From: Eledone cirrhosa
Lineage: Eukaryota
Assembly (NCBI GenBank): GCA_964016885.1
Contig: OZ024754.1
Span: forward strand, 6,696,001-6,760,000
Length of the DNA stretch: 64,000 nt
Direction of reading: 5' to 3'
The position numbers and the translations under genes were made by a program. Below, one piece after another: positions 53,734 to 64,000 of this stretch. The notes below the pieces were generated by a model. It had not been told where the DNA came from, made no database searches, and was given only the letters and a program-made list of their open reading frames with translations. Positions within the stretch are counted from its first letter, which is position 1. Each line of letters begins with the position of its first letter.

Positions 53734-54016
53734 CATGACGGCTGAAGTGCGTCAGGGTCCTAAATATTTTTGTATTACCCACTCTATTACCCCAAGTATC
53801 GAGTACTATATATATATAAGAAAATGAGGGGTTTTTTAAATGAAAAAAAACGAGATGTCCTACGCGAGTGAAAGTATAAGGAAAATATATCGAAAATGCA
53901 ACTAAAGTCTTTTTAAGAATATTTATTTATTTCCTTTACCGGTTTCACAGTTCTTATGCTTTTCAAAAGTAGAATTGAGATGGAAGGTTTGTGGTTTCTC
54001 TCGCATCTCAATTCTA

Positions 54017-54052
54017 CTTTTGAAAAGCATAAGAACTGTGAAACCGGTAAAG
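54017..54052 (+). ncRNA. Minimal hammerhead-like fold with U3-A8 core (family L); mirror copy 53934-53969 (-)
   Basis: CUU-UUGAAAA-GCA-UAAGAAC-UGU-GAAA-CCGG-UA-AAG inside a (TA)n-flanked inverted repeat ~53875-54107. Confidence 0.55.
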
Positions 54053-54551
54053 GAAACAAATATTCTTAAAAAGACTCCAGTTGCATTTTCGGTTTCTTTT
54101 CCTTATATATATATATATATCCAAAACAAGGAGTACACATTTGAATTCAGAGACCCGGAACGAATATCCGAAACCAGTAATCCAACGTTCTAACAAGTTG
54201 CCGAGCTGGTGAAATACCACAGTATATTGCATTATCTGCCAACCATTCCTTGTAAGTATTAGTTTTTAACTGTGGAAGGATAAAGATTCTAATATTGGTA
54301 TTTTTTTTATAATGTGAGAAGAATCGATATAGCTAAAGAAGAATGTAAGAATTTCCTTTAATTCCTGAAGAGAAAATATTGAACAAAGATAAGCACAAAT
54401 ATAGATTATGAACATTTTATTACATCGGAATATTTTAAATCTGCAAATGAAAGTAAACTATAAATTTGAAAGAAATGTCCTACCTTAGTTCCATGGTCGA
54501 TTCCTCGGTAAATAGACGACCGAATTTCATTGGTCAGTTGTATTCATCTAT

Positions 54552-55251
54552 AATTAGTCCGATTCATTTCTAGATAACTTCTAGAAAATTAGTCCGATTC
54601 ATTTCTAGATAACTTCTAGAAAATTAGTCCGATTCATTTCTAGATAACTTCTAGAAAATTAGTCCGATTGGTTTCTAGATAACTTCTAGAAAATTAGTTC
54701 GATTGGTTTCTAGATAACTTCTAGAAAATTAGTCCGATTCATTTCTAGATAACTTCTAGAAAATTAGTCCGATTCATTTCTAGATAACTTCTAGAAAATT
54801 AGTCCGATTGGTTTCTAGATAACTTCTAGAAAATTAGTCCGATTGGTTTCTAGATAACTTCTAGAAAATTAGTCCGATTCATTTCTAGATAACTTCTAGA
54901 AAATTAGTCCGATTGGTTTCTAGATAACTTCTAGAAAATTAGTCCGATTGGTTTCTAGATAACTTCTAGAAAATTAGTCCGATTGGTTTCTAGATAACTT
55001 CTAGAAAATTAGTCCGATTGGTTTCTAGATAACTTCTAGAAAATTAGTCCGATTGGTTTCTAGATAACTTCTAGAAAATTAGTCCGATTGGTTTCTAGAT
55101 AACTTCTAGAAAATTAGTCCGATTGGTTTCTAGATAACTTCTAGAAAATTAGTCCGATTGGTTTCTAGATAACTTCTAGAAAATTAGTCCGATTGGTTTC
55201 TAGATAACTTCTAGAAAATTAGTCCGATTGGTTTCTAGATAACTTCTAGAA
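54552..55251. repeat. 35-bp tandem array, 20 copies
   Basis: Unit AATTAGTCCGATT(GG/CA)TTTCTAGATAACTTCTAGAA. Confidence 0.95.
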
Positions 55252-55354
55252 GAATCCGAGTTCATTTTTGGTCTCAATTTCATGAAGAATTGAACCAAGC
55301 ACTGCAAGATAAGAAACAATACAACTTTGTGTTTTTTAATATATATATAATGTT

Positions 55355-55404
<50 letters not shown>

Positions 55405-55782
55405 GACATAAGTATGTTTTTAAATGTATATATATATATTTAGGTTTGTTGGTTCACCACTGGATAGAACTGGTCATTCCGTATGGTCAACCTCGATGTA
55501 ATATGGAGAGCACTCAAGGTAATGCAACTCACCCGTCTTCGTTTGTGTAGTTGGTGGTGCGAGTACGGAGTTAATTATTATAAAATAACAGGAGGCTGGA
55601 CTGGTGTAAATCTTTGAAAGGTTTATTATACTATGATCACTTCAATGACCGGGTTCAGTATGAATCCGGTGACATCATCAGGTATTCAAAATATAACAAA
55701 GGAATATAACAGATAAAATCCTCTTGTCTCTGATTTTCAGCCCCATGGATTTTATCTGTTATATTCCTTTGTTATATTTTGA

Positions 55783-55840
55783 ATACCTGATGATGTCACC
55801 GGATTCATACTGAACCCGGTCATTGAAATGATCATAGTAT
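55783..55840 (+). ncRNA. Minimal hammerhead ribozyme, family D (IR 55578-55889)
   Basis: AUAC-CUGAUGA-UGUC-ACCGG-A-UUCA-UAC-UGAA-C-CCGGU-CAUU-GAAA-UGAUCA-UA-GUAU; mirror copy 55628-55685 has GAAG. Confidence 0.8.
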
Positions 55841-55880
55841 AATAAACCTTTCAAAGATTTACACCAGTCCAGCCTCCTGT

Positions 55881-55970
<90 letters not shown>

Positions 55971-56554
55971 CTGCCATGCTAGCAAAGCAGTTGAGAGCGA
56001 AGGTTTACTTGTCAGACGAGCAATCTTAATTCTTTCTTTTGTTTTATTCTTAAATGTTTCTTTTCTTTGCCTTGAAGCGATTCATAATCTTTTGACTTCC
56101 GAGTTATTCTAATTACATGTGTAACCACATCTGACATTATATCTGTAGACTGATCCATTTGACATTTCGTGTTTCAATGACTTAAAAGAAAAAAAAACTA
56201 TTACAACCTTCGTTCATTGCTGTCCGGCTGTTAATATAGCCCAAGATCCCTGGGTTAGGCTAACTTTTACTTTCATTGAAATCACCCGATTAGAAATAGA
56301 AAATTTGCATTTTCTCTTTTAAAAATATCTTGGTATTTATTATAATTTATATTTATTCAATATTTTTTTCTTACTATTTAAAATCTCAAGAAACGGAAAG
56401 TACATACATACATACATACATCCTACGCATGCATGGATGCAGACATACATACATATCTACCTAGTTGATGTGTAAATTCCAATGAGAGAGTCTTGTAACT
56501 ATGTTAGAAACCAACTCTCTCTCTATTGACACAAATTTGTGAAATTATAAAACC

Positions 56555-56985
56555 AGAAGACCATACATACATAAGCAGCTGTCCAAAGATGTCATCACAG
56601 TACTATCTACATATGAGGCATGATGTAGTGGCCAAAACACTGTATAATGCAATACGTTGAAAAGATAATCCCGATAATAAAGACATTAAAAGCTACAGCA
56701 ATGTGGAAGACATACATATACATAATATGAAAGAATACTGGTGGAATGTTCCAGTAAAAACCCCAATAAAATGCAGGAATAACAGACCAGATATAATGAT
56801 ATGGGACAGGGAAAAGAAAGCATGTACAGTAGTGGAAGTTAACTGCCCAGCAGATGTCAATATAATATCAAAGATTAGCGAAAAGGAGAATATTTATGCA
56901 GAACTAATGAAAAATATGCAGATACTCCACCCTGATTACACCTTTAGATTTATGCCTGTGATTATTGGGGCACTGGGGTATGTTA
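56555..56985 (+). mobile_element. R4/Dong/NeSL-type LINE fragment with restriction-like endonuclease domain
   Basis: ISSCPKMSSQYYLHMRHDVVAK...EYWWNVPVKT..KCRNNRPDIMIWDREKK.CTVVEVNCPAD......KENIY.....F.F.PVIIGALG; one in-frame stop. Confidence 0.85.
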
Positions 56986-56989
56986 GTAG

Positions 56990-57612
56990 AAGAAAGTCGA
57001 TTAAATCTACACCATTGTATTACTGGTACTTTATCGACCCTGTAAGGATGAAAGGTAAAGTTAACCTCGGTGGGATTTGAAATCAGAATGTAAAAGGCCG
57101 TAATTCTATGTCGCAAACCATTTGGTCCGATGCTCTACCGATTCTGCCAATCCACCACCTTGGTCTTTCACACAAATTAAAAACCATTAAAGTCGCTACT
57201 CATCACCATCACCACCACCACCACCACCACTATAGTGAATGTTCCATCTACACCTTTCGTAATGTACTCTTGATAAGAACAGATAATCTCAGCGATCAAA
57301 CTTAAATGCTTCAATGGATATCGACAGAAATTCAAGCGAAGATTATTTCACAGATAAAAGGAAATCCTCTGAAGCAATCTAATTTGAGACAGATATTATA
57401 TAGTAATATTATTGAGGTTGTTTGTCGGTGGATTGGCAGTATCGGTAGAGAGTCGGACGCCATGCTTTCCAGCATAGTTACGTCCCTTTACGATCTGAGT
57501 TCAAATCCCGCCGAGGTTGACTTTGCCTTTCATCCTTACGGGGTCGATAAAATAAAGTACCAGTAATGCACTGGGTAATTGCTGGCCTTGTGCCTAAAGT
57601 AGAAACAATTAT
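56990..57612. mobile_element. Main-family SINEs 56990-57158 (-) and 57426-57612 (+, TSD ATTATTGAGGTTGTTTGT)
   Basis: Consensus match. Confidence 0.85.
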
Positions 57613-58214
57613 TGAGGTTGTTTGTGTTGAAAAGAATTTTGCATATGTAAGGATTTCTTGGTTGTAATATCAACCTACGCACGCAGAAAATTTAAGATGA
57701 AAAGATCATTAGCTATGCTTCTTGCATCGTCTGTAGCTCTAGCTGTCTGTGTGTCTCTCTCTCTCTCTCACCCACTCTGTCGTTCTCTTTGCCTCTCTCT
57801 CTCTGTATTTCTCTGACTCTCCCTTTCCGTCTGTCTCTCTCACCCACTCTGTCGTTCTCTTTGTTTGTCTCTCTCTCTCTCTCTGTCTATGTGTATACAT
57901 TACATATATATACACACATACACACATGGAATGGACTTACGCCGAATGACGATGAGGGTTCCAGTTTATAGAAACGGCTATGTATTGAGTACCTTACTGT
58001 AGTTACCCCCGATTGAAGCTGGGAGAAACCGCGCGCGTGCGTGCGTGCGTGTGATGGTAGCTGTGGTGGTAGCTGTGATGCTTCCATAGGGGGTATTCCG
58101 GTTGAGTACTATGTTCTTACAGAGCAGAGTATGCTATAATATAAAACGAAAAATCAGTGATGCATCTGAATTCAACTTATTGTGTGCTACAATTGTTTCG
58201 CCGGCAGACAGACA

Positions 58215-58260
<46 letters not shown>

Positions 58261-58484
58261 AAAAGAGTCAGGTCCGACGACTGAGCTCCAGCCGTTTCGA
58301 CAGCTAGATCCGGACGCATTATAGACCAGGAACCCATAACAGACCAGGAAATTGAAATCAAAATCCACGCTAGAAAGACCGTTCTGCTCTTTCAAAACTC
58401 TTCTTTTCATATTACCCACTCTACTACCCTAAGTATCGAGTACTCTGGTGCGTTATGGTCCATCTGGTTTCTTACCACACTTTC

Positions 58485-58561
<77 letters not shown>

Positions 58562-58566
<5 letters not shown>

Positions 58567-58885
58567 TAAAATAACAGATTAAAGTTTAAGCAAAGAATTG
58601 CTGCTTTCAACCTTAACGGGGGGGATCTTCTGAAACTAATAAGGGGCTGTATTGGAGATCGAGTGACGCAACTTCAAGAGATTAGCGAACTCTAGACTCA
58701 CCTCATTGGTTAGTTTCAGAAGATCCCGTTAAGGGTGAAAGCAGCGATTCTTTGCTTAAACTTTAATCTGTTATTTTAATAAATATTTGCTCTACAGTTC
58801 TTATATATTTGATATATATTTATCCTTATCGAGCCCTCTTTGGATTTTAGTCTTCGAATTTATTATTTTTACTATATATATATAT

Positions 58886-58936
<51 letters not shown>

Positions 58937-59143
58937 AAGAATGAAGAGTAACATGGTTGGCTGTACAATAAGGGGCTTTATTTAAAGTACTGACAATTGT
59001 TTCGTTGATCAGGTGAGTCTAGAGTTCGCTAATCTCTTGAAGTTGCGTCACTCGATCTCCAATACAGCCCCTTATTAGTTTCAGAAGATCCCGTTAAAGT
59101 TGAAAGCAGCGATTCTTTGCTTAAACTTTAATCTGTTATTTTA

Positions 59144-59148
<5 letters not shown>
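58562..59148. mobile_element. Family J mini-elements with hammerhead-like folds at 58583-58637 (-), 58712-58762 (+) and 59077-59127 (+)
   Basis: All carry the CAGAAGA core, stem II, and GAAA-GCA...UGC-UU; inverted arrangement between (TA)n tracts. Confidence 0.7.
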
Positions 59149-59194
<46 letters not shown>

Positions 59195-59197
<3 letters not shown>

Positions 59198-59360
59198 TTC
59201 ACATTGCTCCAGTATACTCAGCTGGAAATGAATACCAGCAATAGCTGGAGGTTTAACCCTGCGATGGACTGGCGTCCTGTCCAGGGGGAAGTCTTGTACT
59301 CTCAGTCGCTTCACGCCATTAAACCAGGATAAGCACAGGCCTAACAAACCTTCTGGCTTA
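59195..59360 (+). mobile_element. V-SINE-like fragment
   Basis: AACCCTGCGATGGACTGGCGTCCTGTCCAGGGG resembles the V-domain core. Confidence 0.55.
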
Positions 59361-61079
59361 TGGACTTGGATTTGTCCAACGCTCTACCAATTCTGCCAAT
59401 CCACCGCTCCAACAGCGGAAATAATGAAATTAAGCTATTTTATTGCCTAAACTGGAATAGCAACTGTATTTCCAGCGATGTACACTATAGAATGTTTTCT
59501 TAAAATCAATGAATATTTTAACAGTTTTTCTGTTGTTGAGTTGGATACCCTCAATTATTCTTCTAAGTGCCAAAATATGTTCCTCTATCGATTTTCCATG
59601 TCGGAACCCATTTTGGTTTCTTCCATGTACGAGGATAAATTATGAGAGATACAATTTACTATCATCTAATTACCTTGGCCACGACAGAAGAGAGACCCCC
59701 CCACCCACCCTCATACACACACACCTCCCTGTAGTCTCCCGTGTCACTAAGATCACCTGGTTTAGATATAGGAATTAGATTAATCTCTAACCAATACTCA
59801 AGTTTCAATGATCAGTCAATGACGAGTTTGTTAGCAAATTATCGGATGTTATAATCAAACCACACACGTCATAAAAAGATATGATTTCAGTCATATACAA
59901 ATACTAGCAATTCAAAGTCACTACGTATCAATGAAATAAGTAAAGAATTACAGACAATATTTTTGTTGGCTACCAATAATAATCTTTTCAAATGCTAAAC
60001 CACCACCATACTTATAATTCCTTGCCCCATCTTCAATCTAATTATTTGAAGTAACTATCAAATTATTTTTTCTCGGATATACCCTTCATTCACTGTAAAT
60101 TTTCCTTTTTTATTTTTGTTGTTTGTTCTTTGACTGAACCCAAATAGTTAAAGCATACACAAGAAGAGAGGAAAACTATTAAATTACTGATGAAAAACTG
60201 CCAGAGAAAGTGAATACGGTACGTTATTCTCAAGCATTACCTAAAATAAAATATCTTGTATCGTTTTCATGTTGAAATATAATTATAAGGACGCTCTTTT
60301 TCATAATTTCTTAAAACGAACGAATTATGATTATCACCAAAATTGATCATAAAATGAATTTCTGCCTATTATGTATCAAGTTTAATGAATATATATTTTT
60401 AGCTCATCCGAATTTGTTTTCTTTTACTTTTCTCAGTGAGAAATATTCTCATCACGCTAAACGGCAGAGAATCCATTGGTGTCAGACGTTCTTTTTCCTA
60501 TTCAATTGTCTGTCCTTTCTTCTTTCTTTCAAGTTTGTCCGTTAGTTTTCATGCTAACTGCACGAGTTTAGTTGCGTGTTGCTCCTTTAGCATCGTTTAT
60601 TTACTCAAAAATCATTTTCTAATTCTATTTTCTCGTTCACATTATCAAAGGAAGAAAAAAAAAAGTCGATATTGTATGATGTGACTTGTCTTTTCTCACT
60701 TCAATGAATGGCGTTTTAAATATTCTTATAAGATTTAGATGTGAATGGATTAAGAACGGGAGGTATTTATTGCGCCATAATGCTTCCGTTTATTTACTTC
60801 TTGTAAAGAAGACTTATCAAACAACAACAAAAAATACGTAATTTTTCTTGTTATGGTAGTCAACGAAATTTCTCGTCAACATCAACAAAACATTATATTA
60901 AAGATTTGTTTTAATTTTGTGTTGCTTGAGTTATGTTTGACGCTTAACGATATCATATTTTACCATAATTCTTCTGTTAAAATCTCCGTGTTTTACATGT
61001 GTTGTTGTCATTGTTTAAACCCCAGGCTACCTCAGATAGACTATGATCAGTTGAGTCCTCGACACGATCATCTTTTTTG

Positions 61080-61290
61080 TTCTATTTTATATTCCACGGT
61101 ATGGTGGCTTTGTCATTCCTTGATATATTTCCTGATGTATAACCACACCACCTCTTTTCCGTTGGTATTTCATGACGGCATAACTTCCAGTGTACGTAAA
61201 TATCCACTGTCATGTCAGTGGATATATTGTTTTATGGTTAAGATTGCGGCCAGAGACAATAGTTTTCTCCCCAATCTCCAGCTATTCTGT
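61080..61290 (-). mobile_element. Degenerate R4/Dong-like LINE fragment
   Basis: Minus: KQYIH.HDS..YVHWKLCRHEIPTEKRW...NDKATIPW. Confidence 0.55.
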
Positions 61291-61354
61291 AGTTACTGTG
61301 TACTTTTGATGGCAAGACTAACTTTGTGCTGTACTTAGAAATCTTTCAGTCACA

Positions 61355-61745
61355 CGGATTGGCAGTATCGGTAGAGGGTCGAACGCCATGCTTTGACGCA
61401 TAGAGTTACGGCCCTTTATGGTCTGAGTTCAAATCCCGCCGAGGTTAACTTTGCCTTTCATCCTTACGGGGTCGATAAAATAAAGTACCAGTAATACACT
61501 GGGTAATTGCTGGCCTTGTGCCAAAAGTAGAAACAATTATTATCATTACTATTTAAGGCGGTTGATTGGCCGTATCGTGAGAGCGTCGGATATGCTTTGG
61601 GGCATATAGTTACATCCCTTTACGTTCCGAGTTTAAATCCCGCCGACGTTAACTTTGCCTTTCATCCTTACGGGGTCGATAAAATAAAGTACCAGTAATG
61701 AACTGGGATAATTGCTGGCCTTGTGCCAAAAGTAGAAACAATTAT
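61355..61745 (+). mobile_element. Two tandem main-family SINEs
   Basis: Consensus match at 61355-61540 and 61556-61745. Confidence 0.85.
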
Positions 61746-62499
61746 TATTATTATTATGGTGGTAGTTGTCGTGGTAGTGGTGGTGCGTTGGATTGGCAGT
61801 AGTAGTAGTAGTATTATTAATAGTAGTAGTAGTAGTAGTGGTAGTAGTAGTAGTAGTGGTAGTGGTAATGGTAGTGGTAGTGGCAGTAGTAGTGGTAGTA
61901 GTAGTAGTAGTGGTAGTGGTAGTAGTAGTGGTAGTGGTAGTGGTCGTAGTAGTGGTCGTAGTAGTGGTCGTAGAGGTGGTGATGTTGATGGGGGTGATGG
62001 TGTTGATGGTAGTAGTAGTGGGGGTGGGGTGCGTTGGATTGGCAAAACAGATAGAGCATCGGACAATATACTTTGTGCCTAAATGAAAAACCTTTTTTTA
62101 TTATTGATATTATTTTCCTTTTTATCACAGATTGCTACAAGTCCGGGTTACATACGAAAATAAAACAGTGTCACTTGAATAAAACACTAGAGAGAAAACC
62201 AACACTTGTTTGTGCTTAAAAATCTCTCTAAAAACAAGAGTTGCAAAACTTACACGATGTCTTCGCAAATTACCCAAAAGATAAATATTGATAAGTATGA
62301 AAATAATGACACAACAACGTCCTTTGTTGATAACATTCGAAAGAATAATACCATCTCAATCAACGGGACATTTTCATCAGCAGCCTCAAACTCAGGTTTT
62401 CAACAAAAACATTTAAAAAAATTTTTTCGTTTCATATCAGTTTTTGCTATCAGTGACGTTAACTTTTACCATTACTGCCCTCTCCTGGGAGATTTTAAG

Positions 62500-62690
62500 T
62501 TAGTTAAGGCCTCCTTCGGTCAAAGCTGACCATGGATAGTATCTTGTTGTCAGCTCTGCTGGAGCAGCGTCTCCAGTGGCTAAACAGACCTATACGTGAG
62601 TGACAGTCTCTGTCAACATCAAACACATCTGGAGCTGGTCTCTGGTCTGTTGGATTTATTGCGCCCCTTTCGCCGGACTCTCCCGTCCAC
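62500..62690 (-). mobile_element. RTE (BovB-like) LINE 3' end
   Basis: DRDCHSRIGLFSHWRRCSS, then CCATGGTCAGCTTTGACCGAAGGAGGCC and a TAACT tail. Confidence 0.75.
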
Positions 62691-62749
62691 AGCTGCAATC
62701 ATCAAACTCTCCTCCACTGATTTGAGGTGTTGATTCTGGGCGATATATT

Positions 62750-63145
62750 AACAGTAATCGGTAGAGCGTCAGACACCATGCTTTGCGACATAGAGTTACG
62801 GCCCTTTGCGTCCTAAGTTTAAATCCCGACGAGGTTAACTTTGCCATTCATCTTTACGGGTTCGATAAATAAAGTACTAGTCACGAACTGGGGTCGAGTT
62901 AATTGACTATCCCCTCCACCAAAATTGTTGACCTTGTACCTATAGTAGAAATCACTATTACAACCGTCTCCTGGGCAGTAGATAGGTAGTAACCGGTAGA
63001 GCGACGGACAACATATTTTGTGGCATATATTTATGGTCCTTTACGTTCTGAGCTCAAATCTCGACGGGGTTAGCTTTGCCATTCAACCTTACGAGGTCGA
63101 TAAAATAAAGTACCAGTAATGAACTGAGGTCGAGATAATCTACGA
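62750..63145 (+). mobile_element. Two diverged main-family SINEs
   Basis: Core TTTGCCATTCA....ACG.G.TCGATAAA. Confidence 0.75.
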
Positions 63146-63262
63146 CCCTTTCAGGAATAAGTAAATGAAGAACAACAACAAGAACGACAACAACAACAGA
63201 ACTGTTGGTCCATTCTGGATCACAATGTCTATCAAGATAGTTAAACATTGTCCTGAAGTACC

Positions 63263-63464
63263 TTAACACTTTAGCATTTACATTACTCTATATATACTAT
63301 TGTATTTTACATATCTTACATAATATCGAATCTACGAAATTTTGATATTTATTTTGAGAACAATACCTTAACATCAGTATAAGTGGCGAGTTACGGCTGG
63401 TTTGAACAGAAAGAGGTGAGAGAATTCTGGCCGGATATGGCTGGTTTAAGTGCTAAATGGTTAA
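63263..63464. mobile_element. piggyBac-type MITE
   Basis: TTAA-CACTTTAGCATTTA...TAAGTGCTAAATGG-TTAA. Confidence 0.55.
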
Positions 63465-63549
63465 AAGACAATGAACGAGACGACAACTCATTACTGAACG
63501 TAGACGGGAACGATACAGGAAACAGAACTAGAACTAACCTGAATATATA

Positions 63550-63628
63550 TTTTAATATAGAAGAGCTTCTACAGGACTAGAACTGTTTCATTCGTGAGAA
63601 ATCATCAGGAAGCTCTTCTATATTAAAA
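63550..63628 (-). ncRNA. Type I hammerhead ribozyme, family A, with 20-bp stem I
   Basis: Minus: UUUUAAUAUAGAAGAGCUUC-CUGAUGA-U-UUC-UCAC-GAA-U-GAAA-CAG...CUG-UA-GAAGCUCUUCUAUAUUAAAA. Confidence 0.85.
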
Positions 63629-63839
63629 CTGTTATACTCTGCTAAGTATTGAGTACCTTACTTACTGTGGTTACCTCCAATTCAACCCGGAATAACTTAT
63701 CTATCTATATATATATATATATATATACGAGTATATATATATATATAAAGGAACGATCGACTTTAGTCAAATCGGACCGAGGAAACAATGTTTCCATCGG
63801 TCTTTCAAATTGCTAATACTATCTATCGGTCGCAACTCC

Positions 63840-63965
63840 AGGTAGAAGAAGCAACGTGAAATAAAATGTCTTGCTCAAGGACATAACGCATCACCCGGTC
63901 CGAGAATCGAACTTATAGCCTCACGATTGTGAACCCAATTCTCTAACCACTCAGACACACACCTT
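63840..63965 (-). mobile_element. tRNA-like SINE head
   Basis: Minus: GAGTGGTTAGA (A box) and GTTCGATTCTC (B box), then TGTCCTTGAGCAAGACA. Confidence 0.65.
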
Positions 63966-64000
63966 CATACACAGACACATACATATATATATATATTACA

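Noticed and set aside
60853-61338. 161-aa plus-strand ORF
   Set aside because: No recognisable domain; overlaps an antisense decayed R4/Dong-like fragment.

Overview
AT-rich, microsatellite-saturated eukaryotic DNA. The SINE, RTE and mariner repertoire looks like a cephalopod (Octopus-type) genome, which is an inference. No intact protein-coding gene is recognisable: nearly all ORFs in the track are translations of (TA)n, (CA)n, (TATG)n, (GA)n or (GGT)n repeats. Recognisable content: about 20 copies of a tRNA-derived SINE (several with 17-19 bp TSDs); fragments of RTE, R4/Dong-like, CRE and Tx1-like LINEs; a bipartite non-autonomous RTE derivative; an internally deleted mariner with ~103-bp TIRs; hAT and piggyBac-type MITEs; and three tandem arrays (52, 103 and 35 bp), two of them born from RTE coding sequence. 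The standout signal is that many short non-repetitive islands between (TA)n tracts belong to about 10 sequence-unrelated mini-element families that each fold into a type I hammerhead ribozyme or a recognisable variant or remnant of one (stem I-CUGANGA-stem II-GAAA-stem III-NUH-stem I'). These show compensatory stem changes, palindromic minimal stems III, recurrent core variants (U3-A8, A4, U10.1-U11.1) and head-to-head inverted duplications that often break at the ribozyme. This resembles a (TA)n-targeting Penelope-like/retrozyme system. All folds were read by eye and none has been tested for activity.
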